Origin: an uncultured Campylobacteraceae bacterium
GTDB lineage: Bacteria; Campylobacterota; Campylobacteria; Campylobacterales; JALSKU01
DNA length: 64,000 nucleotides
NCBI GenBank assembly: GCA_964556545.1
Contig: CAZKWE010000092.1
Span: 9,213-73,212, forward strand
Direction of reading: 5' to 3'
A model generated the notes under the pieces. It was given only the letters and a program-made list of their open reading frames with translations, searched no databases and was not told the DNA's origin. Shown in pieces: positions 19,760 to 28,961 of this stretch. A program made the translations under genes and the position numbers. Positions within the stretch are counted from its first letter, which is position 1. Each line of letters opens with the position of its first letter.

Positions 19760-20950
19760 TTAATCCTGTGAATTTTCTTTTGCTCTTTTGACATTCATAT
19801 AAAAAGCAAATTTATCTTCTCTTTTTGGTACAATTTTCTCATTTAAGGCAACTTGCAACTGTTTATTGTATTTTTTTACATAAGATAAAAAGTCTCTTTT
19901 TGTTTTTCCCCTTAGTATGCTTTTGGTAACTTTTATGATATTTGCGGGATTTATCGCATGATTGTTTTTGTACAGACCAAAATGCAAATGTGGTCCGGTA
20001 CTAAGACCGGTTGAGCCTACATATCCGATAGTTTTACCTTTTTTTACATACCTTCCCCGTCTTATACCTCTTGCAAACTTTCTTAAATGGCCGTATAAAG
20101 TCTTATAACCGTTTGTATGCCTTATAATGATACAATTTCCGTATCCTCCTTTTCTACCTGCAAATATAACTTTTCCATCACCTGCGGCATGAACGGGAGT
20201 TCCGATAGGTGCAGCAAAATCTATACCCAAATGGGCTCTGTATCTATGAAGTATCGGATGCCATCTTTTATATGTAAATCTATCGGAAATTCTTGTGTAT
20301 CTGCATGGGCGAGACAAGAAAAACCCCTCCAACTCTTTGCCTTTTTCATTATAATATCTGCCCTTATACCTATAGATAAAATGCTTTTTACCTCTTGTTT
20401 CTATCATTGAAGCGATTATGACCGGATTGCCAAGCTGTCTTCCGAGTCTTATTTTTTGAGTATATACAATTACAAGTCTATCGCCTTTTCTAAGATCTCT
20501 TTTAAAATTGATACTATTTTTATATGACTGGACAAATTCATTTGCCAAAAGGTAATTGTTTGTAAGTTTTACTATATCATTATAAGGAGAAGTCTTTATG
20601 GAAGTTTCAAGTGTTTTTTGCTTTGTTTCATAAATAATCGGCAACAAATCTACAAAATAATTACCATTGTCTTTTCCTATATGTATCTGCAACTCTTCAC
20701 CTACGGGTATTAACACTTGTTCTACCGTGCCATTGTCATCTTGAAGCAATTGATATCTTGTTCCCGCTATTATCTCCGAAGTTAACTCTTTGTCTCCCGT
20801 ATCAAGATTGTAGTAGAGTTTTAGCGGCATTTTATGGTCTTCCAAAAAGTTTAGAAATGTTTTTCCTTTTTCCCATTTTTGCTCAACAAGTTTTGTCGCA
20901 CCAAAAAGATACCCGTTTACCAATATCAATAAAATAAAAATAAATCTCAA
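19760..20950 (-). CDS. M23 family metallopeptidase (Csd3/HdpA-like)
   Basis: 396 aa, signal peptide, LytM motifs HLGIDFAAPIGTPV and GPHLHFGLY. Size and neighbourhood resemble H. pylori Csd3 (from memory). Confidence 0.75.
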   Translation of the reverse strand: MRFIFILLILVNGYLFGATKLVEQKWEKGKTFLNFLEDHKMPLKLYYNLDTGDKELTSEIIAGTRYQLLQDDNGTVEQVLIPVGEELQIHIGKDNGNYFVDLLPIIYETKQKTLETSIKTSPYNDIVKLTNNYLLANEFVQSYKNSINFKRDLRKGDRLVIVYTQKIRLGRQLGNPVIIASMIETRGKKHFIYRYKGRYYNEKGKELEGFFLSRPCRYTRISDRFTYKRWHPILHRYRAHLGIDFAAPIGTPVHAAGDGKVIFAGRKGGYGNCIIIRHTNGYKTLYGHLRKFARGIRRGRYVKKGKTIGYVGSTGLSTGPHLHFGLYKNNHAINPANIIKVTKSILRGKTKRDFLSYVKKYNKQLQVALNEKIVPKREDKFAFYMNVKRAKENSQD

Positions 20951-21118
20951 TCTTCAAACCTTATCAACTTAACTTTATACTTTATACTGCTTTTTATTTT
21001 GCAATATATTGTACAAAGTAAATTATTGCTTTTTTCGGAATTATATCCTTTGTATGCTTTAAAAGCAATTTTTAATCCACTTTTAGTATAATATCACTAC
21101 TAAAATGTAAGGATTTTT

Positions 21119-21829
21119 ATGAAAAAGTGGTTATTTGTAATTTTAATTTTATCTGCAACGATATTAAATGCGAAATTTTCAGAGTATAAAAGTAAAATTT
21201 TATCAATCGACGGAAATACTGCAACCGTCAAAAGCTTTGCTGATGTAAAAATTGGCTCAAGCGGAATAGTTGTACACCAATACTCCAAAAACCATTCAAC
21301 AGTAGTAGCAAAAGTTATAGTAATAGATAAAAACAGTGACTATATAAAGCTGAGATTTAGAAAATTTGATGATTTGAAGCAAGATGTCTTGCCGGTTCCT
21401 ATGATATTGCCTCATACCGGAGATACGGTTATATTAAATTATCTTTACAACCATGCTTTTGTCGTTGCACCAAATTATAAAACATATAAAGATATAACCG
21501 CAAAACATAAAGATATTTCGTGGCTTCACCCTGATTTATTTGCAAGTGAACTTTTTGCCGACAACAACCCCTCTCCAAATAGAAAAGATTTTCAAAAATT
21601 TTGCAAAGAATACTCTTTTTCACTTCTTTATTTTGCAATAGAAAATAATGGCTACTTTGTAGATTGCAACAGTTTTAAGGTTTTAAAAACTGAAAAAATT
21701 ATTTCAAAAGACGGCAAAACAACAGTTCCTTTTTATTCAAGAATAAAAGATATAGATACTTCTTGGCTTAGTTTTGGAAAGTCAAAGATCGCCGACTATA
21801 ACAGTTACTATAAAATGCTTTTGAGATAA
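21119..21829 (+). CDS. secreted protein, possible PgbA N-terminal-domain homolog
   Basis: 236 aa with a signal peptide. Assignment rests mainly on remembered H. pylori synteny (csd3 HP0506 - pgbA HP0508 - glcD HP0509). No motif verified. Confidence 0.35.
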   Translation: MKKWLFVILILSATILNAKFSEYKSKILSIDGNTATVKSFADVKIGSSGIVVHQYSKNHSTVVAKVIVIDKNSDYIKLRFRKFDDLKQDVLPVPMILPHTGDTVILNYLYNHAFVVAPNYKTYKDITAKHKDISWLHPDLFASELFADNNPSPNRKDFQKFCKEYSFSLLYFAIENNGYFVDCNSFKVLKTEKIISKDGKTTVPFYSRIKDIDTSWLSFGKSKIADYNSYYKMLLR

Positions 21830-21830
21830 T

Positions 21831-23213
21831 ATGATGACAAAAAAAGATATAGAATTTTTCCAAAATATTGTCGGCAAAGAAAATATATACAATGACAAAG
21901 CTCACCTATTGGCATATTCGTATGATGCAACAAAAAACAGATACGAGCCTGATGCTGTTATATTTCCCAGAAACGAAGATGATGTAAGCAGGATATTAAA
22001 ATACTGCAATGAAAATAAAATCATCATAATTCCAAGAGGTGCAGGAAGCGGTTTTACAGGCGGGGCATTGCCCGTAAACGGTGGCATAATGCTTGCTTTT
22101 GAAAAACATATGAATAAAATCATAGAAATTGATATGCAAAATATGGTTGCTATAGTCCAACCGGGGGTTATAAACAGAGATTTGCAAAATGCGGTTGAAG
22201 AGATAGGACTTTTTTATCCGCCTGATCCGGCCAGTCAAGATTATTCTACTATCGGCGGAAATGTAAGTGAAAATGCCGGAGGTATGAGAGCTGCAAAGTA
22301 TGGCATAACAAAAGACTTTGTAATGGCATTAAGAGCAGTTTTACCAAACGGAGAAATCATAAGAGCCGGTAAAAAGACGATAAAAGATGTAGCAGGATAC
22401 AATATAGCCGGTATTCTTATTGCCAGCGAAGGAACTTTGGCAGTTATAACCGAAATTACTTTAAAACTTTTAGCAAAACCGTCCAAAACAAAAACTGCTA
22501 TGGGAGTTTTTGAAAGTGTCAAAGATGCTATGAATGCGGTTTTCAAAACAATGGCAAGCGGTGTCACTCCTGTTGCTATGGAGTTTTTGGACAATCTGAG
22601 CATAAGAGCCGTAGAAGAAAAATTCCACAAAGGCTTACCGGTTGATGCCGGAGCCATACTTATATGCGATGTTGATGGCAATCTTGATATAGAACTTGAT
22701 ACACAACTTCAAAAGATAGAACATGGTTTCAAAGAAAACGGTTGTAAAAACTTTGTTATAGCAAAAGACAAAGAGGAAGCAAATGATCTTTGGTTTTCAA
22801 GAAGAAATGCCAGCCAAAGCATTACCATATACGGAAGTAAAAAACTAAATGAAGATATAACGGTACCCAGATCCAGATTGCCGGAGCTTTTAGAGGGTAT
22901 TAGCAAAATAGCAGAAAAATATGATATAAAAATACCCTGTTTCGGACATACGGGAGACGGCAATGTACATGTAAATGTAATGGTTGATGCAAACGACAAA
23001 GACGAACTCCAAAAAGGTTATGAAGCTATTGTTGAAGTTTTTAAACTCGCAGTGGATCTTGAAGGAACTTTAAGCGGTGAACACGGTATAGGCCTTAGCA
23101 AGGCTCCGTTTATGGATATGGCCTTCAGTAAAGCAGAAATGGAACTTTTCAAGTCCGTTAAAAAAGCTTTTGATCCGAACAATATATTAAATCCGGGTAA
23201 AATGGGACTTTGA
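21831..23213 (+). CDS. glcD: FAD-binding oxidoreductase, glycolate oxidase subunit GlcD family
   Basis: 460 aa. PCMH-type FAD-binding motif PRGAGSGFTGGA, C-terminal GEHGIG. Confidence 0.8.
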   Translation: MMTKKDIEFFQNIVGKENIYNDKAHLLAYSYDATKNRYEPDAVIFPRNEDDVSRILKYCNENKIIIIPRGAGSGFTGGALPVNGGIMLAFEKHMNKIIEIDMQNMVAIVQPGVINRDLQNAVEEIGLFYPPDPASQDYSTIGGNVSENAGGMRAAKYGITKDFVMALRAVLPNGEIIRAGKKTIKDVAGYNIAGILIASEGTLAVITEITLKLLAKPSKTKTAMGVFESVKDAMNAVFKTMASGVTPVAMEFLDNLSIRAVEEKFHKGLPVDAGAILICDVDGNLDIELDTQLQKIEHGFKENGCKNFVIAKDKEEANDLWFSRRNASQSITIYGSKKLNEDITVPRSRLPELLEGISKIAEKYDIKIPCFGHTGDGNVHVNVMVDANDKDELQKGYEAIVEVFKLAVDLEGTLSGEHGIGLSKAPFMDMAFSKAEMELFKSVKKAFDPNNILNPGKMGL

Positions 23214-24058
23214 AAACAAAAAAAGAAAAAATACAGTTTTATATCAAAGAATTTAGAGATAAAGATTTGTTGCATTATGCTTCAAGCCTAAGTTTTCATA
23301 CTATATTGGCACTTATTCCCGTGCTTCTTATATCACTTTCAATCTTTACAAAACTTCCGAGTTTCAACAAATACTATGAGCTTATAAAAAATTTTATTTT
23401 TTCATCTTTGATGCCAAGCCAGCAAGAGACTATATCGAACTACATAGATAAATTTTTAAACAATACCCTAAATATGGGAATAATGGGTTTTATATTTGTA
23501 ATATATGTTTCGATTATGTTTTTTATGGATTATGAGTATATAGTCAGTAAAATTTTCAAGACAAAACCAAAAACCTTTTGGCAAAGTATCTCTACATACT
23601 GGACACTTGTAACATTGCTTCCAATGGGTATAGGAGTATCATTTTTTATCTCAAGCAAAATACAGCATATATTAAACTCTTACCAATATACAAGCTGGAT
23701 AAACATACTTGTTATACTTCCTTTTCTTATCTTTTGGATGCTCTTTTTTATAATGTATATGATATCCATAAATATCAAGGTTGATACAAAAATAGTCCTG
23801 TTTTCATCTTTTCTGGCTTCTTCTATTTGGTATATATCAAAAACTGTTTTTATCTATTATGTCAGCTATAATAAAACCTATACAAGCATATACGGTTCAT
23901 TTAGCACGATAATGTTCTTTTTTATATGGATATATTTTTCCTGGGTTATTTATATATACGGTTTAAAGATATGCTACCTTCTAAACAGAGCAAACAATAC
24001 CCACTCTTTAGAAACCAATACCACAACGGCAAATAAAAATACTAACTACCCGGATTAA
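23210..24058 (+). CDS. YihY/BrkB family inner membrane protein
   Basis: 282 aa, N-terminal YASSLSFHTILALIPVLL motif of the YihY family, about 6 TM. TTG start overlapping the glcD stop. Confidence 0.7.
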   Translation: MKTKKEKIQFYIKEFRDKDLLHYASSLSFHTILALIPVLLISLSIFTKLPSFNKYYELIKNFIFSSLMPSQQETISNYIDKFLNNTLNMGIMGFIFVIYVSIMFFMDYEYIVSKIFKTKPKTFWQSISTYWTLVTLLPMGIGVSFFISSKIQHILNSYQYTSWINILVILPFLIFWMLFFIMYMISINIKVDTKIVLFSSFLASSIWYISKTVFIYYVSYNKTYTSIYGSFSTIMFFFIWIYFSWVIYIYGLKICYLLNRANNTHSLETNTTTANKNTNYPD

Positions 24059-24549
24059 AATCCAAGCAATTTTTTTCTTATTTTAGGGTTTGTAAGATTT
24101 TCTCCTCTTAACATTCTCAATCTCATTTCATCAAAAGGTATCAACTTCTTTTTTGTACTGTTTTTTTCATATGCTCCGAAACCATAATGCATCGGAGTAC
24201 TGTCGGTCATTGTATAATGAGCTTTTTTCGCATCTATCCATTTATGGGTATCATCACTATATGTCCAAAGTTTTACATCTTTCGGGTCATATTTGTTTTT
24301 ATGAAGCCAAAGTATCATACAACCAGGATCATCAAACACAAAAGCTCTGCCATCTTTTAGTATAACTTCACTTGAATGATCCATTTTTTCCACTTCCATG
24401 CCACATTGCGGATCCATTGTAACTCCAAGCTTTACCGGTACCGGTTTTCCGTCTTTGCTTTTTAGAGTTGCCACTTCTCTTTTTTCACAGCCGCTAAACA
24501 ATAACAAAATAAATATCGCAAATATAATACTTTTTTTCATCACAGCCAT
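24055..24549 (-). CDS. NosL-family lipoprotein, paralog of the nosL at 29792-30274
   Basis: 164 aa, lipobox LFSGC. Shares DPQCGM / FVFDDPGCMILWL / KWIDAKKAHYT / PMHYGFGAY with nosL (CQRCDM / YLFDDIGCAVLWM / KWIDARKALYT / PMAYGIAAF). Confidence 0.65.
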   Translation of the reverse strand: MAVMKKSIIFAIFILLLFSGCEKREVATLKSKDGKPVPVKLGVTMDPQCGMEVEKMDHSSEVILKDGRAFVFDDPGCMILWLHKNKYDPKDVKLWTYSDDTHKWIDAKKAHYTMTDSTPMHYGFGAYEKNSTKKKLIPFDEMRLRMLRGENLTNPKIRKKLLGF

Positions 24550-25502
24550 ACTCCATTTTTTAAATGATAAATTACGGGATAAGCAGATACTATAATAACA
24601 TAAACAGTATCAAAAATCAAAGAAATCTTTCCAAAATTACTCTTTTTTATCCCGGCAAGCAAGATAATATATCGTGCAATTGCACTGAAAGTTCCTATAA
24701 AAAGAGTGGTATATAAAACATATCCTATATAGTGATAATCACTTTGCAGCATACAAAACGGGCAATGATGAGTAGGCAGTTCATATATGTAAGTTCCGAA
24801 AAACGATATAAGTGAAATGATGGAAGTTGCTACAAATAAAATATTTGCCAAAGCATAATATACGGAATTTTTCAGTCTGTAAGCAAAAAGAATAAGTATA
24901 AAATTTATATAAAAAAGCGAAACCAAAAGAGTATTTGGCAAAGAGAGTATAGAAGCGATAGTTGATTTTCCCGCAGCTGAAAATACGGTTCCGCAGCAAC
25001 TGACTATTCTTGCCGGATCGAGTGAAAAAAATTCCATAACCTCCAGCACAATCTCACTCATCAAAAAAATATATATTATAACAAAAAAGATAAATTTTAT
25101 CTTTGTATAAGGCATTTTTTCATTTTCCAAATCAACCTTGTTTAGCACCAGCCAGGAACTAAACAGATATAAATTTATAATTTTTATTATCATGGCATAA
25201 AAACCATATGTTGTAGAATTTACTACACCGACTGCACACATAGCTCCCGGTATATAAACCGATAACTTATCCTGTACATATATAAAGTACAAAAAAAGAG
25301 GCAATTTTATAAAAAGTATATATTTTATGATTGTCGCTACAAGATAACTCTGTTTTTCAAGTCTGTACTGTGTAGTTGTTGTTTTTGTGATATCCCATTT
25401 TAAAATTATCTTTATACTTAAAAAAAATGCAATTGTTCCGAAAAAAGCAAAAATACCGTCAAGTATCAAAATCACAAGAACATCAGGTGTCAACAAATTC
25501 AC
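24540..25502 (-). CDS. polytopic membrane protein with conserved-looking Cys/His motifs, unknown function
   Basis: 320 aa, about 8 hydrophobic segments. Motifs GAMCAVG, VSCCG, THHCPFCM. 4-nt overlap with the upstream ABC ATPase gene, 10-nt overlap with the downstream NosL paralog. Confidence 0.6.
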   Translation of the reverse strand: MNLLTPDVLVILILDGIFAFFGTIAFFLSIKIILKWDITKTTTTQYRLEKQSYLVATIIKYILFIKLPLFLYFIYVQDKLSVYIPGAMCAVGVVNSTTYGFYAMIIKIINLYLFSSWLVLNKVDLENEKMPYTKIKFIFFVIIYIFLMSEIVLEVMEFFSLDPARIVSCCGTVFSAAGKSTIASILSLPNTLLVSLFYINFILILFAYRLKNSVYYALANILFVATSIISLISFFGTYIYELPTHHCPFCMLQSDYHYIGYVLYTTLFIGTFSAIARYIILLAGIKKSNFGKISLIFDTVYVIIVSAYPVIYHLKNGVWL

Positions 25503-26167
25503 TTCATTACGCCTTTTACTATTTCTATTTCCCTGTCAGTAATATCAAGATTAAAAAATATAGGATCATGTGTAGCAATAACAATTGTTTTTTTATCATT
25601 TTTTAACTCTTTTAAAAATGATAAAAAATCTTGTGAAAGTTTTGCATCAAGATTGGCTGTGGGCTCATCTGCAAGTATAATCTTCGGATCATTTACCAAA
25701 GCTCTGGCAATTGCCACTCTTTGCTGTTCTCCCCCTGATAGATTTTTAGCCAAATCATTTTTTTTGTGATAAATTGAAAATTTTTTCATACTAAGCTCTG
25801 CTTTGGTATCAATTTCCTCTTTTGTAAATCCTGAAGGAATAAGAGGCAAGATAACATTTTCATATACACTAAGTGTTGGTATAAGATTGAATTTTTGAAA
25901 AATAAAACCTATATTTTCCCGTCTATACATAGAAGCAAAATTATCAGGAAGCTTTGCTATCTTTTTGCCATCAACTTCCACATCACCGCTGGTTGGCTTT
26001 AAAAGTGCGGCCAAAATTGACAAAAGTGTACTTTTCCCGCTGCCGCTTGGCCCTTTTAAAAGAACCAATTCTTTTGATTTTACCTGAAATGTTATATTTT
26101 GCAAAGCTACCGTTTCATTTGGCTTGCCTTGATTGAAAATTTTATAAATTTTATCAACTTTTATCAT
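25499..26167 (-). CDS. ABC transporter ATP-binding protein (MacB/LolD-like)
   Basis: 222 aa. Walker A GPSGSGKST, signature LSGGEQQR, Walker B ILADEPT, and the FIFQ.FNL motif typical of the MacB/LolD class. Confidence 0.85.
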   Translation of the reverse strand: MIKVDKIYKIFNQGKPNETVALQNITFQVKSKELVLLKGPSGSGKSTLLSILAALLKPTSGDVEVDGKKIAKLPDNFASMYRRENIGFIFQKFNLIPTLSVYENVILPLIPSGFTKEEIDTKAELSMKKFSIYHKKNDLAKNLSGGEQQRVAIARALVNDPKIILADEPTANLDAKLSQDFLSFLKELKNDKKTIVIATHDPIFFNLDITDREIEIVKGVMK

Positions 26168-27354
26168 CTTATTACCTCGTCAGCTTCCAATGTCGCCGCA
26201 AACCATGAAGGTATGATAGTTGCCGCTATATAAAGTGGCACTGTGGCAAAAAATATAAGCGTTACAGTTCCGAAGTCGAAACTAAAAGGAAGTTCAAAAG
26301 GAGGCTTGAGTATAGAATAACCGGTAAATATATCTCTTAAAACAGGAGCATTTAAAAAATATACATAAAACATACCAAAAGTCAATGCACTGAAAAATGC
26401 AACAAATGAAATGATAAAAGCTTCATAAAATTTTTGCAAAAGTATATCTCCTATCTTCCATCCAACTGCTTTTTGAACACCTATTTCTCGTTTTTCATCA
26501 CTGCTTAATCCGCTTGTTTTATCATATATAATGATAAAAAATGTAAAAAGAGCTATGATAAAAAGTGCCAAAAAAACTCCACTCTTATAATCAAATATAT
26601 TGTTATATGAAATTCTAAGATCATTTTTTGTAATAACTCTGAAATTCGGATACATCAATCGTATCTTTGTGGCTATCTCATTAACTTCTTTTGGATTTGG
26701 TACTCTTATGGTTATATCGGTAGCTTTATCTTCACTCATTCCAAATATTTCTCTTGCATTCTCATTGCTCAACAAAATGATATCATTTGATTCTAAAAGA
26801 GTGCTTCCTTTAAAAACTCCTGCTAAATATATCTTTTTAAAATCTCCGTTTGGTTTTATAAAATTAAAGTATTTATCATAATAATTTTTTTCAAGTATCT
26901 TTTTTACACCCTCGCCTACTATCATGGTATTTGGTTTATCAAAAATCGTTTTATCATATTTGTCAACAACATTTTGTATGCTTTTTTTATAGTTTGTATC
27001 AAATCTGCTAACACCTACTACCGAAAAATTGGCACCTGCATTTTTAAAGTAGTAGTATCCCCAAACTCTTGGAGAAACCTGTGAAACACCCTCAATAGTT
27101 GATAACTTTTCAACAACATCCAAACTAATATCCTGCTCTCTTCCGGCACTAAGTTTTTGTATGGTAATATCAGGTAAAGAATCAACCGTATAGGATAACT
27201 CTTTTTTTATGGAGTTGGATATAAAAAAGATAGATGATAGTAAAAATATCAGTATAAAAAAAATGATAAATATAAATATATTTTTACTTCCTCTTCTTTT
27301 TATAGCACTTAGTGCATATTCAAAAAGCAAAAGATTAAATAATTTCATTTGCAT
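26164..27354 (-). CDS. ABC transporter permease, FtsX/MacB type
   Basis: 396 aa. TM1, a roughly 230-aa periplasmic domain, then 3 C-terminal TMs with KREIGVQKAVGW (FtsX-domain motif). Confidence 0.8.
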   Translation of the reverse strand: MQMKLFNLLLFEYALSAIKRRGSKNIFIFIIFFILIFLLSSIFFISNSIKKELSYTVDSLPDITIQKLSAGREQDISLDVVEKLSTIEGVSQVSPRVWGYYYFKNAGANFSVVGVSRFDTNYKKSIQNVVDKYDKTIFDKPNTMIVGEGVKKILEKNYYDKYFNFIKPNGDFKKIYLAGVFKGSTLLESNDIILLSNENAREIFGMSEDKATDITIRVPNPKEVNEIATKIRLMYPNFRVITKNDLRISYNNIFDYKSGVFLALFIIALFTFFIIIYDKTSGLSSDEKREIGVQKAVGWKIGDILLQKFYEAFIISFVAFFSALTFGMFYVYFLNAPVLRDIFTGYSILKPPFELPFSFDFGTVTLIFFATVPLYIAATIIPSWFAATLEADEVIR

Positions 27355-27650
27355 ATAACCTTTGATGGGGTTTTTAAAAGTATTGTCGAGGGAGCATAAA
27401 CATAGGTTGTTACAAAGTAGCTAACTCCTTCGGGGTCTTCGCTAAATATGGAAAACAGATCGCTCAAACTTCTATGCCTTATGTATTTGGCTTCAGTAGA
27501 TATAGACAAATCAGGAAGTCCGATATATTTAACAAATATCTGTTTTTGAGATATGTTTTTACTCTTAAGTGTTAAAAACAAAACTTCAAATGTAAAAAAA
27601 AGAGCAATTGCTGTAAAAATAAGAGAAAAAATCTTTAAATTTTTACTCAT
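27345..27650 (-). CDS. small membrane-anchored periplasmic protein, unknown function
   Basis: 101 aa, single N-terminal TM. ATGA overlap with the upstream NosL-like gene and 10-nt overlap with the FtsX permease gene. Confidence 0.5.
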   Translation of the reverse strand: MSKNLKIFSLIFTAIALFFTFEVLFLTLKSKNISQKQIFVKYIGLPDLSISTEAKYIRHRSLSDLFSIFSEDPEGVSYFVTTYVYAPSTILLKTPSKVICK

Positions 27651-28363
27651 TTTTTTTGCTCATCAAGCGACCAGACAAGATCATCATTTAACTCATCAAA
27701 TCTTTTTATAAATTTTCCGAAATGATCTTTTTTAAAATTTTCAGCCTCTTTGAGTGTTTTAAAAGGTATAAGCTCATTCCCCATAGGTCCTAAAACATTA
27801 CTCCAAAACACATAATATGCTTTTTTGGCATTTATACCCTTTTGAGTATAATAATCAGTTACAATTATTTTGGTAATACTTTTTCTAAATTTTTTTATAT
27901 CATATTTGCCATAGTCATCCGGATTGAAGTAAAATTTCATCATATCCTTTACACCGTCAAAACTAAAATGATGAATTTTGCCATCTTTTTTAAAATAAAT
28001 CTGAGCCGCCCATCTTGGATACTTGTAAACAAGCATTCCGCAAACCGGACATTTTTCTCCTTTGTGGACAACTACTTTACCAAATTCTTTCGGTTTACCT
28101 GCTCTTTTGATATCCCAAAGATACAATGATACCGCCAACAACTGTTTTTTGGACAACCTTTTGCAAAGCTTTTTCTCTTTTATAGCTTTTTTGAGCATCT
28201 TGATATCTTCATAGTTTTTAACATTTATTGGTTTGCAAACTTTTTGATATATCTTTTTACCCATAGGATAATAAATAATCTTTTTTTGTGCATCTGTTAT
28301 AGCAAAAAGAGAGCCAAACAATATCAATAATACAAGAATCTTTTTCATATTTTTCCCCAACAA
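27647..28363 (-). CDS. NosL-family periplasmic protein with N-terminal extension
   Basis: 238 aa, signal peptide. Canonical NosL metal motif GEKCPVCGM, then YVFWSNVLGPMGNELIPF. About 80 aa of extra N-terminal sequence. Confidence 0.7.
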   Translation of the reverse strand: MLGKNMKKILVLLILFGSLFAITDAQKKIIYYPMGKKIYQKVCKPINVKNYEDIKMLKKAIKEKKLCKRLSKKQLLAVSLYLWDIKRAGKPKEFGKVVVHKGEKCPVCGMLVYKYPRWAAQIYFKKDGKIHHFSFDGVKDMMKFYFNPDDYGKYDIKKFRKSITKIIVTDYYTQKGINAKKAYYVFWSNVLGPMGNELIPFKTLKEAENFKKDHFGKFIKRFDELNDDLVWSLDEQKK

Positions 28364-28436
28364 TATAATATATCAATATAGCAAAAAAGTGTTAAGTGTT
28401 TGTTAAAAAATGTTTATGATATATTTAAAAAATCAA

Positions 28437-28913
28437 TTACAGCATATCAAGATACTTAATCAATCCTTTTGAAATTCTTGAAAAAGGTAAAACCTTTGTT
28501 CCTCCGTATTTTACTTCAAACATTTTAAGAGTTGTTCTATCGCTAAAAGGTACCAAATCATCACCCTTCGGGCCTATTAGTCTGCTACCAAAAACATAAA
28601 GAGCTTTTTTTGCATCTATTACTTTACCTGTTATATAATCCTGCACGACCATTTTTTTTATGTCTTTGGTAGTTTTTGCACCGTATTCGGTATAATACCA
28701 CGGTCTATAGTAAAAATCCATCATACTTTTAACAGAACTAAAGTATGCCTTTTTACCATTTTTCAACTCAATCATACAGACTAAATTTCCATATTTGTTT
28801 ACATTCCAATTAAACAATGGATCAAGTGCATTTTTGGGAACTTTCAATTCTCCTGCACTAAGTCCTGAAACCAAAAATCCAAAAAACAAAATGCTTAATA
28901 TAACTTTTTTCAT
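28437..28913 (-). CDS. NosL-like periplasmic protein lacking the CxxCGM motif
   Basis: 158 aa, signal peptide. Aligns by eye with the 238-aa paralog (SVKSMMDFYYRP vs GVKDMMKFYFNP; YVFGSRLIGPKGDDLVPF vs YVFWSNVLGPMGNELIPF), but has LVCM in place of CPVCGM and PKG in place of PMG. Confidence 0.6.
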   Translation of the reverse strand: MKKVILSILFFGFLVSGLSAGELKVPKNALDPLFNWNVNKYGNLVCMIELKNGKKAYFSSVKSMMDFYYRPWYYTEYGAKTTKDIKKMVVQDYITGKVIDAKKALYVFGSRLIGPKGDDLVPFSDRTTLKMFEVKYGGTKVLPFSRISKGLIKYLDML

Positions 28914-28961
28914 AAAATTCCCTCCAAATTTTTTATTTGTTTTTAAATATGGATACCCATA

